64,000 nt of DNA. Source: Heptranchias perlo. Its lineage: Eukaryota. Position numbers and translations under genes: made by a program. How positions within the stretch are numbered: position 1 is the first letter of the stretch; the number at the start of each line of letters is the position of its first letter. The notes beneath the pieces are model-generated. The model was not told the origin of the DNA and made no database searches. It worked only from the letters and a program-made list of their open reading frames with translations. The stretch lies in assembly GCF_035084215.1 (NCBI RefSeq), contig NW_027138407.1, positions 744,001 through 808,000 of the forward strand, in the 5' to 3' direction. Shown here piece by piece: positions 37,710-50,041 of this stretch.

Positions 37710-39375
37710 GCAGTTATGCTCAACCTTTATAAATCACTGGTTAGGCGTAGCTAGAGTATTGTGACCAATTCTGGGCAGCACACGTTAGGAAGGATGTCAA
37801 GGCCTTGGAGAGGGTGCAGGGGAAATTTATCAGAATGTTACCAGGCATGAGGGACTTCAGTTATCTGGAGAGACTAGAGAAGCTGGGATTGTTCTACTTA
37901 GAGCAGAGAAGATTGAGGGGAGATTTAACAGAGGCGTTCAAAATTATGAAGTGTTCCGATAGAATGAGAGGGTGAAATTGTTTCCACTGGATGAAGTGTC
38001 GGTAACCAGAGGGCATACAGATTTAAGCTAAGAATTTAAGCTAAGTGACTGGAAGCAGAGAGTAGTGGTGAACGGTTGTTTTGCGGACTGGAGGGAGGTG
38101 TACAGTGGTGTTCCCCAGGGGTCGGTGCTGGGACCACTGCTTTTCTTGATATATATTAATGACATGGACTTGGGTGTACAGGGCACAATTTCAATTTGCA
38201 GATGACACAAAACTTGGAAGAGTAGTGAACAACGAAGAAGATAATGATAGACTTCAAGAGGATATAGACAGGTTGGTGGCATGGGCGGACACGTGGCAGA
38301 TGAAATTTAACGCAGAAAAATACGAGGTGATGCATTTCGGTAGGAAGAATGAGGAGAGGCAATATAAACTAGAGGGCACAATTCTAAAAGGGGTACAGGA
38401 ACAGAGAGACCTGGGGGTATATGTGCATAAATGGTTGAAGATGGCAGGGCAGGTTGAGAAAGTGGTTAAAAAAGCATACGGGATCCTGGGCTTTATAAAT
38501 AGAGTACAAAAGCAAGGAAGTTATGATGAACCTTTATAAAACACTGGTTCGGCCACAACCGGAGTATTTTTCCAGTTCTGGGCACCACACATTAGGAAAG
38601 ATGTGAAGGCCTTAAAGAGGGTGCAAAAGAATGATTCCAGGGATGGGGGACTTTAGTTACGTGGATAGACTGGAGAAGCTGGGGTTGTTCTCCTTGGAAC
38701 AGAGACGGTTGCGAGGAGATTTGATAGAGGTGTTCAAAATCATGAAGGTCCTAATCAGAGTAGATAGAGAGAAACTGTTCCCATTGGCGGAAGGGTCAAG
38801 GACCAGAGGGCATAGATTTAAGCTGCTTGGCAAAAGAAACAAAGCTGACATGAGGAAAAACTTTTTATACAGTGAGTGGTTATGATCTGGAATGTACTGC
38901 CCGAGGGGGTGGTGGAGGCAGATTCAATTATGACCTTCAAAAGGGAACTGGATAAGTTCTTGAAAGGAAGAAATTTGCAGGGATACTGGAATAGAGTGGG
39001 GGAGTGGGACTAGCTAGATTGCAATTGCATAGAGCCGGCACGAACTCGTTGGGCCGAATGGTCTCCTTCCACGCTGCAACCTTTCTATGATTCTATGATT
39101 CTATGCTAATTGGCAAAAGAACCAGAGGGGAGATGAGGACTTTTTTTTTGACTTAGCGAGTTGTTACGATCTGGAAAGCACTGTCTGAAAATATAGTGGA
39201 AGTAATTTCAATAGTAACTTTCAAAAGGGAATCGGATACATACTTGAAAAGGAATAATTTGCAGGGCTGTGGGGAAGGAGTAGAGGAGTGTTACAAATTG
39301 GATAGCTCTTTCAAAGACCCGGCACAGGCACGATGGGCCAAATGGCCTCCTCCTGTGTTGTATCATTCTATTTTG
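37710..39375 (+). mobile_element. Nested CR1-type LINE fragments (younger copy ~38030-39105 inside an older one)
   Basis: RT ORFs 38159-38539 and 38631-38885 with an ATTCTATG tail, after which the host CR1 resumes (TAATTGGCAAAAGA). Confidence 0.85.
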
Positions 39376-39439
39376 ACTAAATGTCTTAATATGTTTATTC
39401 CCATTGCGTTATAAATGGGAAAATGGATCGAAACCACAC

Positions 39440-40811
39440 ATCATTCAAGTTATCAAATTTATTGAGAATTCATTGCGATACAGCCAAAAGATACATTGGT
39501 AGGTATATTAACTCAAAACAAATGTGATTAATCTACATGTTAACACCTATCTGCGAAATAACATGAATGCATTGAACACATCCTAGATTTTTGTTTAGCT
39601 AAGCTTCAGGCAAAATGTTCTAAAACACACGCTCCTTTTGGTAAAAAGGTATAATCGCAGAACAAAAATATATGTACAGCGTTCGTTGTGTTGCTGCTAA
39701 CCATTTAGGCTCAGAAATTCAAAGCAGATTTTCGGCCTGGATGTAAAGCACAGCTTGGGCGCAGCACAAGAACGAAAATCTGGCGTCCAGGCGATGCCAT
39801 GGGGGTAGAAAATCATCCTGGGCGGTAGAGTAAAACGGGCGGTATCGCATCGGCCGCCCATTGTATGATTCGCCTGATATTCAACTGCATTGCAGTCAAT
39901 GGAACTGAATACCGCCCGTTTTACGCTACCGCCCAGGATGATTTTCGTAAAACGGGCGGTATTCAGTTCCATTGACTGCAATGCAGTTGAATATCAGGCG
40001 AGTCATACAATGGGCGGCCGATGCGGTACCGCCCGTTTTACGCTACCCGCGCAAGTCGAATTTCTTGTGTCTGAGTGCTAAAGACAAACATCGGTGTTAC
40101 TATATACAAAAATAATGTAAGAAGTACAGGCCTTTAACCTGCGTGTCTCATCATTTCATAGAGTTATTTCTAACCTAATAACGCAGTTCTTGCCATGGCT
40201 GTTTGACAACCAAACTCCTCTCCCTCCTGCTCCTGCAGCATTGGAAAGATCAGTGGAATAGCCGGAAAATGACCTTTCTTTCAGGTACCTGAAGCCCCAG
40301 GGCAGGCCAGAAGCATCAATTCGCTGCTGCTCAGCTGATTTGCGCTCGGTTTATGTGACCACGTGTGCCTGAGAAACTGGGCACAATGTTATGAGCCACA
40401 CTGCCCCGCTGAACAGGCGCAATTGGAGGAGACTCGCATTTCAGTACTGGAGGGAGGCCAATTTTCGTGGGGGGGGACTTGTTCGGACACAGGGTTCAAT
40501 GGGGCGAACATAAACGATTGCGGATATTTGGGTGCATTGTAGTCACGAGCGTAACTCATTTACGACCAAATTTCAGCGATTTTAACATCTGTTTTAACTT
40601 GTTTGCACCCAGATTGTCTCGGGGCAAACCAGGAGGAAAATCTGGCCGATAAGCATCCTGGGAATTATTTCCTCTGATTGTTAATTTCGTAGGGCACATT
40701 AGCCAATAGCGAACAGACATTACCTTCTCTCCATGTTTACCATACCCCAAATGCAAGGCGAACAAAGACAATCTCTTCCTCTAAATGGTAAAGTCAGAGC
40801 GACATTAAAAC
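39440..40811 (-). other. TRDC: Putative non-coding last exon / 3' UTR of TRDC
   Basis: The TM exon has a donor right after its stop, so a further exon is expected; acceptor ctgttttctcgttcag at 40812 and AATAAA at 39458-39463 followed by GT-rich DNA; boundaries are inferred only. Confidence 0.3.
39801..40047. repeat. MITE-like element plus inverted partial duplicate forming a ~100-bp-arm hairpin
   Basis: 39821-39925 is a near-perfect reverse complement of 39946-40047 with a 20-nt loop; the ORF track shows the same peptides on both strands. Confidence 0.9.
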
Positions 40812-41670
40812 CTGAACGAGAAAACAGCTCTGGGAAATGCACCTGGCGCTCTTAAATTATATAAAATATATAATCACATTTAAAATAACTTTCAGAGAAA
40901 AAGGAACATATTTGCAGGGCAATGGGGAAAGAACGAGGGTGTGACCAATTGGATAGCTCTTAAAATGAGCCGACACAGGGACGATGGGCCGAATGGCCTC
41001 ATTCTGTGCTGTAAGATCCTAAGTAAAGCATATAAAATTATATATGTATTTCAATCTAAAATGCTATTTTAAAATAGTTCTTTTGACTCATCCAAGCTTA
41101 AAAACATAATTATGAGCTCTACCTATTTAAATCTATGATGTTCGTGCATGTCATTGATTTGTTTACCTAGTAAATGCAATATGGCTTCATCGAAACTATG
41201 ACTATAGAATCAATGTGTCACAGAAAGTGGACAAAAGTTACCTAAAGGAGAAAGTCTTAACAGTGGCGACAGCAGAGAATTAGCCACTTAAAAGCAGCTA
41301 TATTGAATTGAGCTAAGCTATGTCAGCAGAACTCGATGTCTCGGGCCTTGAATTCCCAGTGGGTTGTGTTCAGACTTGAATCCATTTCACCGGAGCAAAT
41401 TCCTGTTTGAATAAAAATACCAGTAGTAATGACTGCAATATAAGAAGTGACATCGAATAGTGTGCCACTAAAGCGCAAGTTTAATCTTCATTCGGATTTT
41501 AGATGATGAATGTATTGCTGTCTCTAACTCTCTAGCTTGAAAAATTGTGCTGTGCCAATTCTAAAACACTCCATATCGCTTTCCTCTGTTCTTCTACCTA
41601 AATTTTAAGGGACCAGGTAATTAATTTCATGCTAGAGCCTGCAAACAGAGAGAGACCCGAATTTCGTGCC

Positions 41671-42120
41671 ACAGGACAAAGCAGCCCGCTTGATTGGCAC
41701 CCCATCCACCACCCTAAACATTCACTCCCTTCACCACCGGCGCACAGTGGCTGCAGTGTGTACCATCCACAGGATGCACTGCAGCAACTCGCCAAGGCTT
41801 CTTCGACAGCACCTCTCAAACCCGCGACCTCTACCACCTAGAAGGACAAGAGTAGCAGGTACATGGGAACAACACCACCTGCACGTTCCCCTCCAAGTCA
41901 CACACCATCCCGACTTGGAAATATATCGCCGTTCTTTCATCGTCGCTGGGTCAAAATCCTGGAACTCCCTTCCTAACAGCACTGTGGGAGAACCTTCACC
42001 ACACGGACTGCAGCGGTTCAAGAAGGTGGCTCACCACCACCTTCTCAAGGGTAATTAGGGATGGGCAATAAATGCTGGCCTCACCAGCGACGCCCACATC
42101 CCATGAACGAATAAAAACAA
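41671..42120 (+). mobile_element. LINE 3' fragment (family of 26786-28075)
   Basis: QDKAARLIGTPSTTLNIHSLHHRR..SWNSLP. Confidence 0.9.
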
Positions 42121-42850
42121 AACCTTGTGGGTAAGTATGGAACATAGGAGTAGTCTATTCTGCCCCTCAAGCCTGCTCCACCATTGAATGAGATCATGGC
42201 TGATCCGTACCTGAACTCCATTTTCCCGCCTTAGCTCCATATTAATTGCTAGCCTTACCTGACAGAAATCTATCTATCTCAGCCTTTAAAACTCTATTGA
42301 CCCCCAGCATTCACAACCTTTTGTGCGAGAGACTTTCAGATTTCGACTGCCCTTTGTGTGAAATAAAGCTTCCTGATTTCACTCCTAAATGGCTTAGCTC
42401 TAATTTTAAAATTATTTCTTCTCGTTATTGATTCCCACACCAGAGGAAATAGTTTCTCTGCATCTAATCTATCGACTGCTTTTAACATTTGAAACCCCTC
42501 GATCAGATCATCCTCCCCCACAATCTGCAACCTGACCTCTTAACCTGTCGTCAGGAATGGGGAAAAGTTAGAAATTAACAGAGTGAAGTAAGTTTTTTAA
42601 AAATCAGATGAGCAAGATGTAGCTGGTGGGATGAATATGTTCGGTGTTGGGACTTCGTAGACGTGCGTGATTTGGGCATAGGCATGAAGGACATAGCACA
42701 TTTGCTGACCATACGATTTGGGGAGTGGAGACTTGGTGGGAAAGAATGGAACAGATTGCATGAGGACCTATGTGAACTCGAACGTGTTTGGGGAAAAGGA
42801 ATCTAAAATGGAATTATATTCCGAATTACAATAGAGCAGATAAACCGATA

Positions 42851-43803
42851 GGTGAGGTGAGAGTAACTACCCTTGACATCAAGGCAGCATTTGACCGAGT
42901 GTGGCACCAAGGATCCCTAGTTCAGTTCCATTCGCAACACCTCAGATAATGAAGCAGTCCGTGCCAGCATGCAGCAAGACCTGAACAACATCCAGGCTTG
43001 GGCTGATAAGTGGTAAGTAACATTTTTGCCAGACAAGTGCCAGGTATGACCATGTCCAACAAGAGAGAGTCTAACTACCTCCCCTTGACATTCAACGACA
43101 TTACCATCGCCGAATCCTCCACCATCAACATCCTGGGGGTCACCATTGACCAGAAACTTAACTGGACCAGCCACATAAATACTGTGGCTACAAGAGCAGG
43201 TCAGAGGCTGGGCATTCTGCGGCGAGTGACTCACCTCCTGACTCCCCAAAGCCTTTCCACCATCTACAAGGCACAAGTTCAGGAGTGTGATGGAATACTC
43301 TCCACTTGCCTGGATCAGTGCAGCTCCAACAACACTCAAGAAGCTCGACACTATCCGGGACAAAGCAGCCCGCTTGATTGGCACACCATCCACCACCCTA
43401 AACATTCACTCCCTTCACCACCGGCGCAAGTTGGCTGCAGTGTGTACCATCCACAGGATGCACTGCAGCAATTCCCCAAGGCTTCTTCAACAGCACCTCC
43501 CAAACCCGCGACCTCTACCACCTAGAAGGACAAGGGCAGCAGGCACATGGGAACAACACCACCTGCACTTTCCCCTCCAAGTCAGACACTATCCCGACTT
43601 GGAAATATATCGCCGTTCCTTCATCGTCGCTGGGTCAAAACCCTGGGACTCCCTACCTAACAGCACTGTGGGAGAACCTTCACCACACGGACTGCAGCGG
43701 TTCAAGAAGGCGGCTCACCATCACTTTATCAAGGGCAATTAGGGATAGGCAATAAATGCCGGCCTTGCCAGCGACGCCCACATCCCATGTACTAATAAAA
43801 AAC
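42851..43803 (+). mobile_element. LINE fragment with internal deletion (family of 26786-28075)
   Basis: ILGVTIDQKLNWTSHIN..MEYSPLAW..WDSLP. Confidence 0.9.
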
Positions 43804-44823
43804 AAAGATCCAGGGACTGGAGGTCGACGGGTAGTAGGGATAGTGTCAGGAATCACCCAACAACAATATGGAGCTCTTTTAACGTAGTGAAAGGCGCTTC
43901 ACCTGAGAGTTATCAAACAACATTTGACACTGAGATACATAAGGAGATATTAGATCAGGTGACCAAACGCTTGGCCAAAGGGGTAGGCTTTGGGGACCAT
44001 CTTCACGGAGAAGGAGAGAGGTAGAAAGGCGGAGAGAATTATGAAGGGAATTACAGAGCTCACGGGCTAGACAGCTGAAGGCACGGCCGCCAATGGTGGG
44101 GCGAAGGGAGTGGGGGATAAACAAAAGGTCGGAATTGGAGGAACGCAGAGTTTTCGGAGGGTTGTCGGGCTTGGTGAGGTTACAGAGATCGGGAGGGGTG
44201 AGGCCAGAGAGGGATATGAACAAAATGATATGCTAAACAAGAGGGATCATCATACCAAGTGGCTGACGAATAACGTGTACAAAGCGTTAGTTGGTGCTCA
44301 GCTGGAGTGTTGTGTGCACCTGTGGGCATTTTGCTTTAAAGGGGGACATTCAAGCAATTAAGAGTTGCAATCGAAAATAAATGGACTGACAAAGGCATAA
44401 ACGGCTTTACTGATGAGAGACTTGGGAAAATTGAGGCTTTACTCATTGGGCCACAGAAATGTTCCAAATCTGGACAGATTTCAGAAAACAAAAGGGTTAA
44501 AATGCAACTTCGATGGGGTGCAAAATGGGCAGTAGAGGGATCGGTTGATCATTATGCTACAAGGGAAAGGAAAATCGATTGGGTGCATAAGCGGAGGCCG
44601 ATACCGGACCGGCCGTTTTGCACCACCGTCGAAGTTGAATTTTACACCCAAATAGTACAGGACTATTTTCACTGTCTGGTGTAAGAGTGACGTTGCGGAT
44701 CGGCTGCCTGTTACAGCAATGGGAATCAAGAGGCTTTACTCTATTGGTTACCATGTTTATTATTGACAATATTGTTCATGACAATCTATATTTTTGCATG
44801 TGCATTGAGGTGATCAATCTTAC

Positions 44824-44934
44824 CTTAAAATAACCACACTCTGGCCGTCAGCAGGACATTGAAGGCAACGCTCTTAAAAAAGAGAACTCTCAATCCCAAC
44901 ACCGTCAAAGACAGAAAATTTGCCCTCGGTAGAT
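44824..44934 (-). CDS. TRDC: TRDC transmembrane exon (D)LPRANFLSLTVLGLRVLFFKSVAFNVLLTARVWLF*
   Basis: ttacag acceptor; TCR alpha/delta-type TM with intramembrane R and K and the FN motif; TAA at 44825-44827 then G|GTAAGA donor. Confidence 0.95.
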
Positions 44935-45164
44935 CTGTAATAATTATCAAATTAAAGCATTGATTTAGTTAAACAATCCCACTGTATTACACTAACAGAA
45001 ATATATCTGTGCCACAAAATTGGAATATATTGTTGTATCTAGCTGGCTGGCTATTGTACATCCATCTATTTGTCTGTCTATATCTCTATCTATCTCGCTC
45101 TATCTCTCTATCTGTCTCTCGGCCTCTGTCTTTTACCTAAACACATATAACAGAAAGTACTGAC

Positions 45165-45221
45165 CTTTTTGGGTGTCCTTTAATCCTACTGTGGAATCAT
45201 TTGAACGTTTTTCACAGACAG
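45165..45221 (-). CDS. TRDC: TRDC connecting-peptide exon, 5' end in gap: ..VCEKRSNDSTVGLKDTQK
   Basis: Interchain Cys, NDS sequon, phase-1 G|GTCAGT donor in frame with the TM exon. Confidence 0.8.
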
Positions 45222-45351
45222 NNNNNNNNNNNNNNNNNNNNNNNNNNNNNNNNNNNNNNNNNNNNNNNNNNNNNNNNNNNNNNNNNNNNNNNNNNNNNNN
45301 NNNNNNNNNNNNNNNNNNNNNNNNNNNNNNNNNNNNNNNNNNNNNNNNNNN
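45222..45351. other. Assembly gap (130 N)
   Basis: Run of N. Confidence 1.
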
Positions 45352-45469
45352 ATGGAGGAAGCAATAATAAAGCAGTCCGATTGGCTCTTTAGCCTATTAT
45401 TAATCACAGTCGGACTTCCACGATTGTGTCAGCCGATCAGTGGTCGCAAACTGGCGTCTGAAAATCGGT

Positions 45470-47140
45470 GAGGGGTTTGGTCCGTTGGGATTGTGTACAT
45501 TTGGAGTAATTGGGAAGGGATTTTGTCTATTGGGATTCTGCACATTGGGAGGGATTGGGAAGGGATTTAGTCCATTGGGATTGTGTACATTGGGAGGGAT
45601 TGGGAAGGGATTTCGTTCATTGGGATTCTGTACATTGGGAGGGATTGGGTAGGGACTTGGTCCATTGGGATTGTGTACGTTGGCAGGGATTGGGAAGGGA
45701 TTTAGTCCATTGGGATTGTGTACATTGGGAGGGACTGGGGAGGGATTTAGTCCATTGGGATTGTGTACATTGGGAGGGATTGGGAAGGGATTTAGTCCAT
45801 TGGGATTCTGTACATTGGGAGGGATTGGGTAGGGACTTGGTCCATTGGGATTGTGTACGTTGGCAGGGATTGGGAAGGGATTTAGTCCATTGGGATTGTG
45901 TACATTGGGAGGGATTGGGGAGGGATTTAGTCCATTGGGATTGTGTACATTGGGAGGGATTGGGAAGGGATTTAGTCCATTGAGATTCTGTACATTGGGA
46001 GGGATTGGGTAGGGACTTGGTCCATTGGGATTGTGTACATTGGGAGGGATTGGGAAGAGCTTTAGTCTATTCGGATTCTGTACATTGGAGTGATTGGGTA
46101 GGGACTTGGTCCATTGGGATTGTGTACATTGGGAGGGATTGGGAAGGGATTTAGTCCATTGGGATTGTGTACATTGGGAGGGATTGGGGAGGGATTTAGT
46201 CCATTGGGATTGTGTACATTGGGAGGGATTGGGAAGGGATTTAGTCCATTGGGATTCTGTACATTGGGAGGGATTGGGTAGGGACTTGGTCCATTGGGAT
46301 TGTGTACGTTGGCAGGGATTGGAAAGGGATTTAGTCCATTGGGATTGTGTACATTGGGAGGGATTGGGGAGGGATTTAGTCCATTGGGATTGTGTACATT
46401 GGGAGGGATTGGGAAGGGATTTAGTCCATTGGGATTCTGTACATTGGGAGGGATTGGGTAGGGACTTGGTCCATTGGGATTGTGTACATTGGGAGGGATT
46501 GGGAAGGGCTTTAGTCTATTCGGATTCTGTACATTGGGAGTGATTGGGTAGGGACTTGGTCCATTGGGATTGTGTACATTGGGAGGGATTGGGAAGGGAT
46601 TTCGTTCATTGGGATTCTGTACATTGGGAGGGATTGGGTAGAGACTTGGTCCATTGGGATTGTGTACATTGGGAGGGATTGGGAAGGGATTTATTCCATT
46701 GGGATTCTGTACATTGGGAGGGATTGGGTAGGGACTTGGTCCATTGGGATTGTGTACATTGGGGGGGATTGGGAAGGGATTTATTCCATTGGGATTCTGT
46801 ACATTGTGAGGGATTGGGTAGGGATTTGTTCCATTGGGATTGTGTACATTGGGAGTAATTGGGAAGGGATTTAGTCCATTGGGATTGTGTAGATTGGGTG
46901 TAATTTCGACGGGATTTAGTCTATTCGGATTCTTTACAATGGGAGGGATTGGGAATTGATTTAGTACATTGGGATTGTGTACATTGGGACTGATTGGGAA
47001 GGAGTTTGGTCCATTGGGACTCTATACAATGTGACTGAATAGGAAGTGGTTTGGTCCATTGGAATTCTATAGAATGGGAGGGAATGGGAAGGGGTTTGGT
47101 CCATCGGAATTCTATACAATGGGAGTGAATAGGAAGAGGT
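45470..47140. repeat. 45-bp G-rich minisatellite in TRDC intron 1 (~35 units)
   Basis: Unit CATTGGGATTGTGTACATTGGGAGGGATTGGGAAGGGATTTAGTC; gives spurious 15-aa repeat ORFs. Confidence 0.97.
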
Positions 47141-47329
47141 TGGTGTAGTGCACTTTGATGCAAAGCTCCCTCTATACTGTCCCATCAACACTCCCAGGGC
47201 AGATACAGCATGTGTTAAATCCATAGTAAAGATCCCTCTACACTTAAATTGGTGAATATTGGCTACAATCCCCGTGTACCCCTTTCATTTCGCTCTGTGC
47301 CAAAAAGCCTTCTGGTTGTCCAAAGAATG

Positions 47330-47745
47330 GTTAATCCACTCAGGAGACTTGAGCCCACTCTCCAGGGCGACACTCCCAGTGTAGTAGTGAGGGAATGCTG
47401 CACTGTTGGCGGCGCCGTCTTTCGGGTGAGATATTAACCCGAGGGCCCGTTTGTCCCCTCATGTGAATGTAAAAGATCCCACGGCCACTATTGGATGAAG
47501 AGCAGGGGAGTTCTCCCTGGTGTCCTGGGCTAATATTTATCCTTCAACCAACATAACTATGAACAGATGACCTGGCCATTATCACATTGTCGTTTGTGGG
47601 AGCTCGCTGTGCGCAAATTGGCTGCCGCGTTTCCCTATGTAACAACAATGACTACCCTTCAAAAAGTAGTTCATTGGCTGTAAAGCGCTTTGGGACGTCG
47701 GGAGGTCGTGAAAGGCGCTGTAGGAGTGTAAGTCCTTCTTTTCAT
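47330..47745 (+). mobile_element. tRNA-derived SINE with L2-type tail
   Basis: Same body as 22520-22970 and 62265-62700. Confidence 0.75.
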
Positions 47746-47762
47746 GAAACCTTATCACTCAC

Positions 47763-48080
47763 CAGCTCCAGATTGTCGGGCGTCGCTTGCTACGGGAGAG
47801 TCTTTATTGTCTCTTGCCTCACATGTGACATTTACTGATTGTTCGTTTCGATTGAAAGAGAGGAATCCGGAGCTTCTATAGAGCCCGTTGTTTAACAAGT
47901 GACTGGATCCTGTGAAGTTGTTTTTTTCGTTAGTCGTCGTCTTCAAGAAGAACTCGAAATCTTTGGGGAAGAATTCCGACACCAGACACACCGCCGCCGT
48001 GTCGACGCTGCCTCCACCCCCAATTGGTATGGCGGGTGGGTAAAAGACCGACAAGGTGGGATTTTTCTGAGGTTGGTCCT
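47763..48080 (-). CDS. TRDC: TCR delta constant Ig-C1 exon DQPQKNPTLSVFYPP..AAVCLVSEFFPK..GLYRSSGFLSF..VNVTCEAR..SGA
   Basis: taattttcag acceptor and G|GTGAGT donor, phase 1/1, 318 nt open; two C1 cysteines, CL..F.P motif, NFT/NVT sequons; resembles shark TRDC as recalled; lies downstream of a 12/23 D and a J cluster and upstream of a long J array. Confidence 0.92.
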
Positions 48081-48980
48081 CTGAAAATTAAAGAATAAAA
48101 ATGGGAAATTTTATTCAGAATCGATCAACGTGAGCACAGAATGTTCGATCAATAAATGACCGATAAACAAATTCGATAAAAAAATGATAGTCCATATTTT
48201 TTTTAAAAAAAACAACTCCTCGAGTCTGCTCTGCCATTCAATTAGATCATGGCTGATCTGTATCTTAACAACATTTACCTGCTTTGGTCCGGCACCCTTA
48301 ATACCCTTACCCAACAAAAATCTATCAATCTCAGGTTTGAAATTTTCAATTGACCCACAGCCTTCAACAGCTTTTTGGAGGAGAGGGTTCCAGATTTCCA
48401 CTACCCTTTGTGTGAAGAAACGCTTCCTGACATTACCCCTGAACGGCCTAGCTCTAATTTTAAGGTTATGCCCTCTTGATCTGGATTCACCGACTAAAGG
48501 AAATAGTTTCTCTCAATCTACCATCTCAAATTCTCAACCCCTCATGCATTCCCCGTTGAGAAACATCCCATTTTCCAACAACACTCTGCGTAAAGACATT
48601 CCTCTCATCCCCCTCCCTTTCGTGGCAATTTTAAATTGGCGAATCCTCATAAAAATGTTAGTTTTTCAAATCCTTAAATAAAGAGTGAAATGCTATCTCT
48701 TAATCCACTGACTCCAATTCCCTCCTTTAAAAATGTGATTCCCTCCCAGCAAATATGGATTACTGGTTTAATTCCGTGAACCACCATAATTCTGGTGATC
48801 AAACAATTGGGATTTTACGCATAATTTCTGCTTGTGTAAGATAGGCTATTTGCGAAAAGAATGCACCCCATAACATCCAAACGTAAATAGTTTGCAAGTC
48901 ATCAGCACACAATGCTTTGTGAATCCAGATTATTGTTCCTGTGCATTAATGTGTATGAGACATGGACTATTTGGACTTAC

Positions 48981-49044
48981 TCAAATCTACATTGAGTGTT
49001 GTTCCATTTCCAAATGCAAGAACATCTGTATATCCACCGCCAAA
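48981..49044 (-). CDS. TRDJ: TCR delta J segment FGGGYTDVLAFGNGTTLNVDL
   Basis: GTAAGT donor; CACGGTG(49045-49051)-12-ACAAGGGCC (weak nonamer). Confidence 0.85.
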
Positions 49045-50041
49045 CACGGTGTTAAATTTCAAAACAAGGGCCTATCTGTGCACATCTGCAAATTTCTGCA
49101 TATCCTTCACCAAATGAATAGGAACACAACAATCAATGCAATGATTTAACGGCCCCTATATTAATCCTGGAGTAATGATTCAACAAACAACATCTGGAAT
49201 GATTCAGCAGACACTGAACCCACCGCTGGTTTCCTTTCCTTCGCGGATGGTGCGGATAGATTAAACCTCCCAAGTGCATCCAATTCAATATCTTTACATA
49301 AATAATTACTACTCTCGCATAATCGCTGGAAAATTGCGTCTGACGTCGAAGGGGAAAGTATCAAAATGTCAGCTTGCTACGTAGTGAACCTTTACATGGT
49401 TTAACTGTGAATAGGATGGTGCATTATAAGAAGGGATATAAAAAAAGCCACAGCGGCCAAAAAGTATGATTTGTTTGCTTGCACCTCGCACAAAAATGCT
49501 TAATTTCCCCCTTCACTTTCAGAGAGGAGTATTTAGCATTTGCGTCACACTAAACTATTTGCCTGAGCTATAGAAACTTCATTCTGTTTACCATTTTAAT
49601 AGAATCATATAGAATGGTGCAGCACTGGGGGAGGCCATTCTGCCCGACTTGCCTGTGCCGGCTCTTTGAAAAAACTATCCAATTAGTCCCACTCCCGCTC
49701 TCTTTTCCCGTAGCCCTGCAAATTTTTCGCCATTCATGTATTTATCCAATTCCCTTTTTGAAAGTTACTATTCAATCTGCTTCCACCGCCCTTTCAGGCA
49801 GCGCATTCCAGGTCATCACAAATCGCTGCTCCTCGTGTCGCCTCTGGTTCTTTTGCCAATTAACTTAAATCTGTGTCCTCTGGTTACCGACCCTTCTGCC
49901 ACTGGAAACAGTTTCTCCTTATTTACTCTATCAAATCCCTTCATGATTTTGAACGCCTCTATCAAATATTCCCTGAACGTTTCCTTCTCTATCTTGCCTG
50001 GGATTATTCCAGAATCTTCGAAATGTTTTTTTTTTACTTAC

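Noticed and set aside
45510-46874. Repeat-protein ORFs (WDCVHWEGLGRDLVH)n, or a CRISPR-like array
   Set aside because: These are translations of a 45-bp minisatellite, antisense to and intronic in TRDC, with scattered stops; there are no unique spacers and no cas genes
45470-47140. Ig class-switch (S) region analogue
   Set aside because: It lacks AGCT motifs, its G-rich strand is the template rather than the non-template strand, and it lies inside the C gene rather than upstream of it
47763-48080. Calling the constant exon TRAC or an Ig constant domain
   Set aside because: An upstream 12/23 D, a downstream J array and a TM exon with both R and K fit TRDC; TRA has no D, and Ig TM segments lack these basic residues
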